A DNA stretch of 64,000 nt from an uncultured Alphaproteobacteria bacterium (lineage in GTDB: Bacteria > Pseudomonadota > Alphaproteobacteria > Rhizobiales > Xanthobacteraceae): the NCBI GenBank assembly GCA_963734795.1, contig CAVTIW010000001.1, forward strand, positions 281,863-345,862. The letters run 5' to 3'. Shown here piece by piece: positions 10,830 to 20,529 of the stretch (the first letter of the stretch is position 1; each line of letters begins with the position of its first letter). The position numbers were made by a program, and so were the translations under genes. Under the pieces are notes generated by a model. The model had not been told where the DNA came from. It did no database searches and saw only the letters and a program-made list of their open reading frames with translations.

Positions 10830-12104
10830 ATGTTAGCACCGACCCCCGCCTCGCCCGAATCCGCCGGCATGTCCAAGGCCGCCTTCGACCGTCTGGAAGA
10901 TCATCTGAAACATCGCTACATCGAAGCCGGCCGCTTTCCGGGAACGCAGCTTCTGGTCTATCGCCGCGGCAAGGTCGTCCACAGCGCGGTGCAGGGCTTT
11001 GCCGATGTCGAGCGCAAGGCGCCGGTGAAGGACGACACCATTTTCCGTATCTATTCGATGACCAAGCCGATCACGTCAGTGGCCTTCATGATGCTGTTCG
11101 AGGAAGGCCGCGTCGCGCTCGACGAACCCGTCCACAAATATATCCCGGAATGGAAGAACCTCGGCGTTTTCCAGGCCGGCACGGCGCCGGGGTTTCTGAC
11201 CAGGCCGCCGTCGCGGCCGATGCTGATCGTGGACCTGCTGCGGCACACGTCCGGCCTGACCTATGGCTTCCAGCAGCGCTCCAATGTCGATGCCGCCTAC
11301 CGCGAAATGAAAATCGGCGAAGTGGCCACATCCGGAACGCTGCAATCGATGATCGAGGGCCTGGCCAGGATTCCGCTGGAATTCTCGCCCGGCGAGGCCT
11401 GGAATTATTCGGTCTCGACCGACGTGATCGGCTATCTCGTCGGCAAGATCAGCGGCAAGCCGTTCGATCAGTTTTTGAAGGAACGCATCTTCGATCCGCT
11501 CGACATGAAGGATACCGATTTCTTCGTGCCGGCCGACAAGGTCCATCGTTTCGCGGCGTGCTACTCGGCCGACCCGCAAGGCGGCATGACGTTTCACGCC
11601 ACCGACCGCAAGGGCGGCCTGACGCTGCAGGACGATCCGACCACCAGCCCGTTCCTGTCGCGACCGTCGTTCATCTCCGGCGGCGGCGGCTTGTGTTCGA
11701 CCGCGGCGGATTATCTCACCTTCTGCCGCGCGCTACTCAATGGCGGCGAACTCGGCGGCGTCAGGCTGATCGGTCCGAAGACGCTGGCGTTGATGACGTC
11801 AAATCACCTGCCGGGCGGGCGCGACCTGCCGGAAATGTCGCGATCGCTGTTCTCAGAGGCGACCTATAACGGCATCGGCTTCGGTCTCGGCTTCTCGGTG
11901 ACGATGAATCCGGCACGGACCCTGATCCCCGGCAGCGCCGGCGAATATTCCTGGGGCGGCGCCGCGACGACATCGTTCTGGATCGATCCCGCCGAGGAGC
12001 TGATCGCCATCTTCATGACCCAGGTGCTGCCGTCGAGCGCCTATCCGATACGGCGCGAGCTGCGCACCATGGTCTATGCAGGGATTACCGACAGCAATCT
12101 CTAA
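10830..12104 (+). CDS. Serine hydrolase, beta-lactamase class C / esterase family VIII-like
   Basis: FRIYSMTK (SxxK), LLRHTSGL, PGEAWNYS, SGGGGL, YSWGGAATT..WIDP. Confidence 0.9.
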   Translation: MLAPTPASPESAGMSKAAFDRLEDHLKHRYIEAGRFPGTQLLVYRRGKVVHSAVQGFADVERKAPVKDDTIFRIYSMTKPITSVAFMMLFEEGRVALDEPVHKYIPEWKNLGVFQAGTAPGFLTRPPSRPMLIVDLLRHTSGLTYGFQQRSNVDAAYREMKIGEVATSGTLQSMIEGLARIPLEFSPGEAWNYSVSTDVIGYLVGKISGKPFDQFLKERIFDPLDMKDTDFFVPADKVHRFAACYSADPQGGMTFHATDRKGGLTLQDDPTTSPFLSRPSFISGGGGLCSTAADYLTFCRALLNGGELGGVRLIGPKTLALMTSNHLPGGRDLPEMSRSLFSEATYNGIGFGLGFSVTMNPARTLIPGSAGEYSWGGAATTSFWIDPAEELIAIFMTQVLPSSAYPIRRELRTMVYAGITDSNL

Positions 12105-12157
12105 TTTAGCCGGCGGTTGCGGCAACCCTCTTACCCTCCCCGGTACCCTCCCCGGCG

Positions 12158-12891
12158 CTAGCCGATATTCTGCAGCGCCGGAAACGCCTCCAGCAGCCAG
12201 ATGCTGATGGTGGAGATGCTGCCGGTGAGAAAGCCGATGCCGGTGATGATCAACAGCACGCCCATCGCCCGCTCGACATTGGCGAGATGCCGCTTCATCC
12301 GCTGAAACAGCGCGGAGAACTGTTCGACCATGAAAGCCGCGATCAGAAACGGAATCCCGAGCCCGGCGGAATAGACCGCGAGCAGGCCGGCGCCTCGCGT
12401 CACGGTCGCCTCGGCCGCCGCCACCGAAGAATCGCGGCGAGGATCGGGCCGATGCAGGGCGTCCAGCCGAACGCAAAGGCGAGGCCCATCACATAGGCGC
12501 CCCACAGCCCGACCGGCTTTGGAATCGGCAACCGCCCTTCCCGCATCAGCAATCCGATCCGGGTCAGCCCGAGGAAGTGCAGGCCCATGATGATGATGAC
12601 GATGCCGGCGGCGATCGAGAGCTGTTCCGACCAGGCGCGGATCAAGGCGCCGATCAGGGACGCGCTGGCGCCGAGCGCCACGAACACGGTGGAAAAGCCG
12701 AGCACGAACATCAGCGCCGACATCATCACCGCGCGCCTTGATGACGATGCGGCCTGGTCATTGGCGACATGTTCGATGGTCGCGCCGGTCAGATAGATCA
12801 GATAGGGCGGCACCAGAGGCAGCACGCACGGCGACAGAAAGCTGACGAGACCGGCAATCAGCGCCGCGGGGATCGAGACATCGTGGATCAT
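12158..12891 (-). CDS. ccdA: Cytochrome c biogenesis protein CcdA, frameshifted near 12430
   Basis: AGLVSFLSPCVLPLVPPY and FAFGWTPCIGPILAA redox Cys motifs; tail LLAVYSAGLGIPFL in another frame. Confidence 0.88.
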
Positions 12892-13132
12892 GCAGTCATC
12901 GCTATTCGCTAACAAGGTGCGGCGCGCTGCCGTGGCGTCGGAAAAGCGCCGGGTTGACCCGGCTTAATGTCACGGATGAGCAAGAATGCGCAATGACGGA
13001 CCGATTTTCCCGATCACCAATGCGGCATCGCGACGGCCCGAAGCGGCTCCGCCGCCGCCGCGCAGCCGATCCGGCGGCTCCGCGGGCTAAATCGGCGCAG
13101 CCGAAAGCCGTCGGAGTGGCGGAACCGGGTCG

Positions 13133-13414
13133 CTATTCGACCAGTTTCAGCACCGCCGAGGAAGGCCGGCGCTGGCCTTGCGGCGATATCGAGCCTTGCG
13201 ATCTTTCCGACGGCCCGTCATCCGGCGTCATCGCATCACACAGGGCCTTCAATTCCGAATCGGCAATTCGGTTGAGCTTCATCCGCAGCTGGAGAATGGC
13301 CACCGACACCAGTTGCGCGGTCTCCCGGTGGGTGCTCGCGACCAGAACCGCCTGGCACTCCTCGAGCGTTGCAAGAACCGAATGCAATCGTTGTTCTGAA
13401 CTAGCCACCGGCAT
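13133..13414 (-). CDS. Small hypothetical protein (93 aa)
   Basis: ATG overlaps the end of the upstream isochorismatase gene; helical sequence MPVASSEQRLHSVLATLEEC...AVLKLVE. Confidence 0.55.
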   Translation of the reverse strand: MPVASSEQRLHSVLATLEECQAVLVASTHRETAQLVSVAILQLRMKLNRIADSELKALCDAMTPDDGPSERSQGSISPQGQRRPSSAVLKLVE

Positions 13415-14006
13415 TTTTTCCCTGACCGAGCTTGCGAGGTAAAGTGGAGGCGATCCAGTCGGTGGTTTCATATACCTCTCCATAAAGTCCCGATATTTTC
13501 GAAACCGCGCGGTGGACTTCGTCGGCCGGCATGTCTTCGAGGGTGTGGCTGGCCGAAGCGTCGCACAGATACGTGACCTGGTGATTGCGGTGGAACGCAT
13601 CGATCATGGTCGAAAGGCAGGCCAACTCACCGGCAAATCCCGCGAGCACGATGCCGCCGCGGCTTTGGTTCACCAATGCGGCGAAGGGTTCGCAGGAGTA
13701 GCACGACGGACTGCTGCGCTCGAATACCATCTCGTTGCGACAGGGTTCGAAACCCTCGATCCAGCGGACGAACGGCGTTGCACGATTGAAAAAAGCCAAC
13801 TCATTGAACCTGCGCATGAACGCCACCGGCAAACCGATCCGGCGCGAATGGTCCAGCACCCGCCGGCAATTGTCCAGCGCATGATCGATCCCGGAAATCG
13901 CGAGCAGACGCGGCTTCGCCAGATATTCCTGCTGCATATCGATCAACACGACGATCGGGACGCTCGATGAATTGGCCAAGGTCCGAAGGCTGACGACTGA
14001 AGTCAT
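13401..14006 (-). CDS. Isochorismatase-family cysteine hydrolase
   Basis: VVLIDMQQEY, GIVLAGFAGELACLSTMIDAFHRNHQVTYLCDASAS. Confidence 0.85.
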   Translation of the reverse strand: MTSVVSLRTLANSSSVPIVVLIDMQQEYLAKPRLLAISGIDHALDNCRRVLDHSRRIGLPVAFMRRFNELAFFNRATPFVRWIEGFEPCRNEMVFERSSPSCYSCEPFAALVNQSRGGIVLAGFAGELACLSTMIDAFHRNHQVTYLCDASASHTLEDMPADEVHRAVSKISGLYGEVYETTDWIASTLPRKLGQGKNAGG

Positions 14007-14166
14007 GCGGCTACCTTTCGAATGGCGGCACGGCTCGCGCCAATCCCGAGATCCCTGGGGACGCCGGCCGCGACGGCAGGATAGTGCGAAAAAGCGCGGC
14101 CATGGACCCGCCATGGTTGTAATTTCTTCAATATCTGGCAAGTTTAGCGGGTGAAGAGGGCTGTGT

Positions 14167-15216
14167 ATGCGTCTGTTGCTGGAAAGGGGCGTTCCTCGGG
14201 AGGAACGCCACAAGATCGCTGCCGGTAGTCTAACGGATTGGGACGCGGCCAGGGTTTTTCTGGAAGTGGCGCGTTGCGGCAGCTTCAGGTCCGCAGCGGA
14301 GCGGCTCGAATTATCCATCAACGCCGTTCGCAGACGGATCGATGACTTCGAGGGACAGATCGGCGCCACACTTTTCACGCGCAACGTCCATGGCGCCCGC
14401 CTGACCGATGAAGGCGCGCTGGTTGTTGCGGCAGTCGAACGCATGGAAGCCGCTTCGTTCGACCTGCTGCGCGCCAGCAACTCCGTCACCAACACGCTTT
14501 CGGGCGAAGTCCGGGTTGCCATCACCGAGGGTTTGGGCACGTTTTGGCTGGCGCCGCGGCTTGTCGAATTTCAGCAATCGTTCCCGAACATTCTCGTCGA
14601 TCTGCATTGCGCGATGCGCTCCGCCGACGTGTCGCGGCATGAGGCCGACGTTGCGATTCATTTGTCGCGGCCGTCAGCGCTTGACGTCAAACTGGTGCGG
14701 CTCGGCCGAATGCATTTGATGTTCTTTGCCAGCCAGAAATATATCGACACTTTCGGCGCGCCGAAAACCATCGAAGAACTGGCCGCGCGGCACCGGCTGG
14801 TGATGCAGGTCACCGATCAGGCCGCTGCAAGGGAGACCTTCGAAAGTTGGTTTCCCGGTCATTCCCCGCAGGATCTGCTGGTGATGAAAACAAACGTCAG
14901 CAGCGCCAATTACTGCGCCGTCGCCAATGGCGCAGGCATTGGCGTGTTGCCGACCTACGCCTGCGCGCTTGGCGGGACAATAATACCTCTCGAGGTTGAA
15001 TTGCACCGGCCATTCGATATTTGGCTGTCTTTTCATCCTGATAGCGGCGGTATTCCCCGGATCCGCTGCATGATCGACTGGCTGGTGGAGTGCTTTAACC
15101 CTATAAGATTCCCGTGGTTTAAAGACGAATTCATCCATCCAAGCGAGTTTAAAGCAGTATATAAGGGTAAATCCCTGACCCATCTGTTCGGGGCATCCTC
15201 GACCGAAGGACGGTAA
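14167..15216 (+). CDS. LysR family transcriptional regulator
   Basis: DWDAARVFLEVARCGSFRSAAERL...LFTR...LTDEG; LSGEVRV; ADVAI. Confidence 0.92.
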   Translation: MRLLLERGVPREERHKIAAGSLTDWDAARVFLEVARCGSFRSAAERLELSINAVRRRIDDFEGQIGATLFTRNVHGARLTDEGALVVAAVERMEAASFDLLRASNSVTNTLSGEVRVAITEGLGTFWLAPRLVEFQQSFPNILVDLHCAMRSADVSRHEADVAIHLSRPSALDVKLVRLGRMHLMFFASQKYIDTFGAPKTIEELAARHRLVMQVTDQAAARETFESWFPGHSPQDLLVMKTNVSSANYCAVANGAGIGVLPTYACALGGTIIPLEVELHRPFDIWLSFHPDSGGIPRIRCMIDWLVECFNPIRFPWFKDEFIHPSEFKAVYKGKSLTHLFGASSTEGR

Positions 15217-15223
15217 CAGCAGT

Positions 15224-15619
15224 ATGAACAAATCAGCGGCAAAGAAAATGAAGCAGCGCAGTGCCGGAAAACCCGACATTGAACTCGGCAAGCGAATCCG
15301 GCTGCGGCGCGTCGAGCAGCGCATCTCGCAGGCGGAGCTCGGAGACCAGCTTGGCGTCAGCTTCCAGCAGGTTCAAAAATATGAGAAGGGCGTCAACCGC
15401 GTTGGTGCCGCCCGTCTTCAGCAAATCGCCACAGCACTCGATGTCCCCGTCACCTTTTTCTACGACGGCGACGGCAAGGCGCGGGAAGTCGAAAGCCTGT
15501 TGTTTCTCGACAGCGCGTTTAGCCTAAGGCTGCTGCGGGCCTACAGCAAGATCAAGGACCAGACCGTGCAGCGTCAGCTGGTGTCCTTGATGGAATCGAT
15601 CGCAGCCAACGAAGGCTAG
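15224..15619 (+). CDS. XRE-family helix-turn-helix protein
   Basis: GKRIRLRR...ISQAELGDQLGVSFQQVQKYEKGVNRVGAARLQQIATALDVPVTFFY. Confidence 0.93.
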   Translation: MNKSAAKKMKQRSAGKPDIELGKRIRLRRVEQRISQAELGDQLGVSFQQVQKYEKGVNRVGAARLQQIATALDVPVTFFYDGDGKAREVESLLFLDSAFSLRLLRAYSKIKDQTVQRQLVSLMESIAANEG

Positions 15620-15665
15620 CGCATGATCCGCCAAAGTATGGGCGGTTTGGTGAAAATCATGGCTC
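15620..15665. repeat. Degenerate RIME-like palindrome / possible terminator
   Basis: GCATGAT-CCGCC-AAAGTATG-GGCGG-...-ATCATG immediately after the stop codon. Confidence 0.4.
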
Positions 15666-16025
15666 CCTGGTTTGGAGCACGAGCTTGGGACAAACGAAAA
15701 TGTTTGTCCGAAAAACCTGACTCCACTTTTGCTGATCGCGCTGCCGGGCGATTGAGATAACTTGGCCAATTCCAGCCTCGCTTATCCAGCGTGCCAGCCG
15801 CCGCGGACGCGATCGATCAATGCACGTGGATCGGACGCTAGCGTATCATCCACGTGCCGGTCCGGGCGCGACCATACCAGCTTGCTGCCATTGGCGGTCG
15901 TCGGCCGCGCAATGTCGATCGCGCGCGTCAACCCGACCGGTCGCCCATGATCGGCACATCGGAGCCGATCATGTCCGGCATGAACCGCGCTTCTGTACCG
16001 GGAACGTCGGCGGGGGTGCCTGTCG

Positions 16026-17009
16026 TCATTCCGGCTCGGCGCCCGAATTCCTGACGATGTCAGCCCAGCGATCGACCTCGGTTTTCACATAGGCGGCAAA
16101 ACTATCCGGAGTCGATCCGGCCAGCGGCTCCAGCGCCATCGCGGTGAGCTTGTCGCGCGTTTGAGGATCGTCAAGCAACTTTGCGATCTGCGCGGCCAAT
16201 TGGTCGGCGATCGGCCGCGCCACGCCGGCAGGGCCGACCAGGCCCTGCCAGGCGACAAGCTCGAAGCCGGCCAGGCCGGCTTCCGCCAGCGTCGGAACGT
16301 CGGGCATCGCGGCGACCCGCTTCGGCGCGGTCACGCCGAGCACCCTCACCTTGCCCTCGCGGATCTGTCGCAGCGCGGGTTGAAGATCCGTCACCATAAA
16401 GGAAATGTGTCCCGCGATCAGATCCAGTATCGCCGGCGCGGTGCCGCGATACGGCAGGTGACGGATATTGATTCCCGCCGCGGTCTTCAGCATTTCGGCG
16501 CCGAGATGCTGCGGACTGCCATCGCCGGCCGAGCCATACACCAGTCCCGGCTTCGATTTGGCGTAGGCGATGAATTCGGACAACGTCTTCGCCGGAAGCG
16601 ACGGGTTGATGATCAGCGCGAACGGCACGTCGGCCACCAGCGCGATCGGCGTAAAATCCTTCACCGGATCGTATGGCAATTTGTTGTAGAGCGCCTTGTT
16701 GATGGCGAGCGTGGTCGAGGTTGCCATCAGCAGCGTGTAGCCGTCCGGCTCAGCCTTTGCCACCTGTTCCGCGCCGAGTGCCGTGCCGGCTCCGGGCCTG
16801 TTCTCGACGATAACCGTAGCAGCTAGTCCGGTCTTGAGTTGATCGGCCACCAAGCGACCGAGGAAATCGGTGGTGCCGCCCGCCGGATAAGGCACGACCA
16901 TGGTGATGGCTCGGCTCGGATAGGCGGTTTGGGCAAGCGCCGGCAGCCCTGTCAGCAAAGCCAGCCCGCCACCACATCCGGTAATCATCGCTCGACGCGT
17001 CAACGGCAT
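16026..17009 (-). CDS. Bug/TctC tripartite tricarboxylate transporter substrate-binding protein
   Basis: Tat-like TRR signal; YPSRAITMVVPYPAGGTTD, ENRPGAG, PDGYTLL, YDPVKDFTPI, HLPYRG. Confidence 0.93.
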   Translation of the reverse strand: MPLTRRAMITGCGGGLALLTGLPALAQTAYPSRAITMVVPYPAGGTTDFLGRLVADQLKTGLAATVIVENRPGAGTALGAEQVAKAEPDGYTLLMATSTTLAINKALYNKLPYDPVKDFTPIALVADVPFALIINPSLPAKTLSEFIAYAKSKPGLVYGSAGDGSPQHLGAEMLKTAAGINIRHLPYRGTAPAILDLIAGHISFMVTDLQPALRQIREGKVRVLGVTAPKRVAAMPDVPTLAEAGLAGFELVAWQGLVGPAGVARPIADQLAAQIAKLLDDPQTRDKLTAMALEPLAGSTPDSFAAYVKTEVDRWADIVRNSGAEPE

Positions 17010-17239
17010 TTGTTCTCCCAGAGGCACATTTATTTTGATCGGCCCGCTGCCTTCGCGAACCACATTAGCTGCCGCGGCGACATATCGAAAGCCACGAAAG
17101 CCCATCGGGTTTTGCGGCAATGCAATAGGCCCAATAATAACTTAATCAGAATGCAACTCTCATGGGCTAATGTTCCGAAACCCAATTGCGGATCGATTTC
17201 AACGTCAGCGCCATCACGGCGCATCCCAGGGGCATCAAC

Positions 17240-18595
17240 ATGCGAACAATGACGATCGTTGCCATTGCCACGATGCTTGCCACCGCATCGGCGTTTGGCC
17301 AAAGCGCCGGTACGGCCGGATCCGGCACAGCCTTGGTCCCGGCCAGACCGGCAACCACAGCGCCGGCGGGCGCAACAAATCCCGCGGCGCACGCAACAGC
17401 GCCAAAGCCGGCGGCAGCCGCATCCACCCCCGAATCGCGCTCGGCCGCGGAATTGGCGCTGTCGCACGAGCCGACCTTCGACGAAGGTACCGCGCAGCGG
17501 ATCAAGGAAGCCGCGCTGAGCTATTCGGATCTGGCGGTACGCGGCGGATGGCCGGCGATTCCCGCCGACGCCAAATTCGTGGCCGGCGTGCCGGGACCGC
17601 ATGACGATCTGCTGCGGCAGCGTCTCTTGATCAGCGGCGATCTTGCCTCCGACCAGGCGTCCGGACCGTTCGACGATGGTGTCGCCGAGGCGGTAAAGCG
17701 TTTCCAGCTACGCCACGGCCTCGCGCCGACCGGCATCGTGACCCCGCGCACCATCGCTGCGCTCAATGTTCCCGTGCAGAAGCGGATCAAGCAGCTCGAG
17801 GCCTCGCTCGAACGCCTCGACAACATGAGTTTCGGATTCGGCCAGCGTTATGTCGTCGTCAACCTGCCGGCGGCTTTCGCCGAGGCCGTGGAAAACGATC
17901 ATGTGGTGCGGCGCTATCGCGTGATCGTCGGCAAGACCGAAAAGCCGTCGCCGACGCTGACCGCCGAAATCACCAGCGTCAATCTCAATCCGACCTGGAC
18001 CGTGCCGTCATCGATCTCGAAAACCGAAATCTCGGCGCATATGCGCAAGGATCCCGGCTATCTCTCCCGTATGCACATGGAGGCGCTCGATGCGCACGAC
18101 GCACCTATCGATCCGCGATCGGTGGACTGGTCCGGCGCCCGCACCCCGAACTTCACGGTGCGCCAGCAATCCGGCAGCTGGAATGCGCTCGGTGCGGTGA
18201 AGATCGACATGCCCAACCCGTATTCGGTCTATATGCACGACACCAACCAGCACAATCTGTTCAGTGACGACTACCGCTTCGACTCGCACGGCTGCTCGCG
18301 GGTCGACAATGTGCGCGACCTCGCCGCGTGGCTGTTACAGGAGGAGATGCCGAAATGGAATCGGGCCGCGATCGACGCGGCCATCGCCACCGGCGAGCGT
18401 GAGGATATCACTCTGCCCAAGAAAGTCCCGGTGGCCTGGATCTATCTCACGGCATGGATGACCAAAGACCAGACGATTCAGTTTCGCAACGACATCTACG
18501 ACCAGGACGAGCAGCTGCTGGAAGCTACCGCCGAAGAGGCCGCGTTCTTCAGCCAGGCCGCCAATCATCCTTTGACGGCGCATCTTGCGCAGTAG
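17240..18595 (+). CDS. L,D-transpeptidase (YcbB-like) with peptidoglycan-binding domain
   Basis: Signal peptide; AVKRFQLRHGL; YMHDT...SHGCSRV catalytic motif. Confidence 0.92.
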   Translation: MRTMTIVAIATMLATASAFGQSAGTAGSGTALVPARPATTAPAGATNPAAHATAPKPAAAASTPESRSAAELALSHEPTFDEGTAQRIKEAALSYSDLAVRGGWPAIPADAKFVAGVPGPHDDLLRQRLLISGDLASDQASGPFDDGVAEAVKRFQLRHGLAPTGIVTPRTIAALNVPVQKRIKQLEASLERLDNMSFGFGQRYVVVNLPAAFAEAVENDHVVRRYRVIVGKTEKPSPTLTAEITSVNLNPTWTVPSSISKTEISAHMRKDPGYLSRMHMEALDAHDAPIDPRSVDWSGARTPNFTVRQQSGSWNALGAVKIDMPNPYSVYMHDTNQHNLFSDDYRFDSHGCSRVDNVRDLAAWLLQEEMPKWNRAAIDAAIATGEREDITLPKKVPVAWIYLTAWMTKDQTIQFRNDIYDQDEQLLEATAEEAAFFSQAANHPLTAHLAQ

Positions 18596-18807
18596 GCGGG
18601 ATAATAGTTCTCGCGCGTGCGCGGCAGCGGTGCCTTAACCTCTTCCCGTAAGAACGGGGCGAGGGAGCGCGCTTCCGTCGAAGCGAAGCCATGCGCCATT
18701 GCGCCCCGATATCAGCGCTTTCCCTCATCCGGCGCCGCACCTATACTTGGCCTTAAACCCACGACCTTGAAAAAAAGTGGGATGGCGAAAACAGGGAAGG
18801 AAGCAAA

Positions 18808-20073
18808 ATGGCAAAGGGACGTCGTGAGGGTTTGGTCGGACATAAAAATAAAATGCTGTTGCTCGGCGTTGCAACCGCTGCCGTAGCCGGGTTGAGCGGT
18901 CCGGCGCTGGCGGAAACCAGTGATCCGATTCGTATCGGCGTCATCGCTGAAATCCAGTCGATCGCCGGAGCTTCGACGCCCGGTGGCGCCCAGATCGCGG
19001 CCGACGAAATCAACGCCAAAGGCGGCGTGGCGGGACGCAAGATCGAAATCATCTCCTACGACAACAAAAGTTCTTCCGCCGATTCCGTCCGCGCCTTCCA
19101 GCGCGCGGTCAGCGAGGACAAGGTCAGCGCCGTCATCGCCAGCTATATCAGCGAAGTGGTGCTGGCGCTCGAACCCTGGGCGGCGCGGCTGAAGATGCCG
19201 CTGATCACGCCGGGCGCGGCGAGCAACGAGATCACCAAGGCCATTCACGCCGACTACGACAAGAACAAGTACACCTTCCACGGCTATCTGACCTCGGCCG
19301 CGCAGGCGCAGGCGGTGTGCGACGCCGCCAAGGAACTTCTGGTCGACGGCCTGAAATTCAATACCGTGGCGATCATGAGTGAGGACGCGGCCTGGACCAA
19401 ACCGCTCGATGTCGGCTACGAGGCATGCCTGCCAAAGGCCGGCCTGACGGTGGTCGAGCACGTGCGCTTCTCGCCCGACACCACCGACTTCACGCCGATC
19501 TTCAACAATATCGAGGCCAAGAAGCCCGACGTCATCGTCACCGGAATTTCGCATGTCGGGGTGCAGCCGACCGTGCAGTGGAAGAACCAGCAGGTCCCGA
19601 TCCCGATGTTCGGCATCAGCGCGCAGGCGCTCAGCCCGACATTCTGGAACGACACCAACGGGGCCGCCGATGGCATCCCATCGCTTGCGGTCGCAACACC
19701 CAACGTCGCGGTAACGCCAAAGACCAGGCCGTTCGTCGAAGCGTTCAAGGCCAAGTTCGGCACACCGCCGGCTTACACCGGCTATACGGCCTATGATGAG
19801 GTTTACATCATCGCGGAGGCGATCCAACGCGCCGGATCGACCGATCCGGACAAGATGGTGAATGAACTCGAGAAGACCAATTTCGAAGGCACGATTGGCC
19901 GCGTGCAGTTCTATGGCAAGGACGATGAATTCACCCACGGCCTGAAATACGGACCCGACAATGTGAACGGTCTGGTATTTCAGTGGCAAGATGGCAAGCA
20001 GGTGACCGTGTGGCCAAAGAAGATCGCCGATGGAAGCCTGAAATATCCAAGCTTTACCAAAATATCCCAGTAA
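18808..20073 (+). CDS. Branched-chain amino acid-type ABC transporter substrate-binding protein (start may be 18853)
   Basis: Signal peptide; DPIRIGV, ADEINAKGGVAGRKIEI..D, AYDEVYIIAEAIQRAGSTD. No permease genes adjacent. Confidence 0.9.
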   Translation: MAKGRREGLVGHKNKMLLLGVATAAVAGLSGPALAETSDPIRIGVIAEIQSIAGASTPGGAQIAADEINAKGGVAGRKIEIISYDNKSSSADSVRAFQRAVSEDKVSAVIASYISEVVLALEPWAARLKMPLITPGAASNEITKAIHADYDKNKYTFHGYLTSAAQAQAVCDAAKELLVDGLKFNTVAIMSEDAAWTKPLDVGYEACLPKAGLTVVEHVRFSPDTTDFTPIFNNIEAKKPDVIVTGISHVGVQPTVQWKNQQVPIPMFGISAQALSPTFWNDTNGAADGIPSLAVATPNVAVTPKTRPFVEAFKAKFGTPPAYTGYTAYDEVYIIAEAIQRAGSTDPDKMVNELEKTNFEGTIGRVQFYGKDDEFTHGLKYGPDNVNGLVFQWQDGKQVTVWPKKIADGSLKYPSFTKISQ

Positions 20074-20105
20074 CTTTCGCCTTGCCCATGTTCATTTTCC
20101 CTCAG

Positions 20106-20141
20106 GGGGGGCCGCCTCAATTAAGCGGCCTCTTTCATTTT
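20106..20141 (+). terminator. Putative rho-independent terminator
   Basis: GGGGCCGC-CTCAATTAA-GCGGCCTC followed by TTTCATTTT. Confidence 0.55.
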
Positions 20142-20330
20142 CAAGCTCGCCCGCAACGTCGCGTATTCGCGTTTTGAAATATGCCCGAACCCGCCAAAAA
20201 ATGGCTCTACACGCCTGGCATCTGACCCGGCAGGGTTTCAATTCAAGACCAGACCATGATGATCCCTCACCACGGCTGGCGCTTGAGCGCCTCGCGCCGG
20301 AGGCGGCCGGTCGCCCCACGCGACAGCGCG

Positions 20331-20502
20331 TGACGCTCCCCCGTATTTGAACTCGGACCAGACTGCCGATAGAGTGCTGCGGCGCCGTGGACCTCAAACC
20401 GTATCGAGGTGGTACGTAGCCGCAGGTTGGTTCGAAAGGCTGGTTGTCCTTTTCGTGGGCAATCCCACAGAGATCAGGCACATGACGAATGGTTTGTTTT
20501 AA
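20331..20502 (+). ncRNA. Candidate structured non-coding element (possible IS110/IS1111 left-end remnant) with sigma70-like promoter
   Basis: TGACGCTCCC; TTGAAC-N17-TAGAGT (20347-20375); nested stems CTGCGGC/GCCGCAG and ACCTC/GAGGT; GTGGG/CCCAC hairpin; micro-ORF MTNGLF*. Confidence 0.35.
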
Positions 20503-20529
20503 CCGGGCACGGCCAACCGAGTCGGTGCA

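Noticed and set aside
10830-12104. Beta-lactam resistance gene
   Set aside because: No signal peptide and no KTG motif; it looks like a cytoplasmic family VIII-type esterase. The MBL-fold proteins at 36.9 and 49.9 kb are likewise metabolic.
12131-12155. Tandem repeat TACCCTCCCCGG x2
   Set aside because: Two adjacent copies with no spacers; a repeat remnant or local duplication, not CRISPR.
15700-16020. Short ORFs between the XRE and Bug genes
   Set aside because: No motifs, RBS or coding-like composition that I can support.
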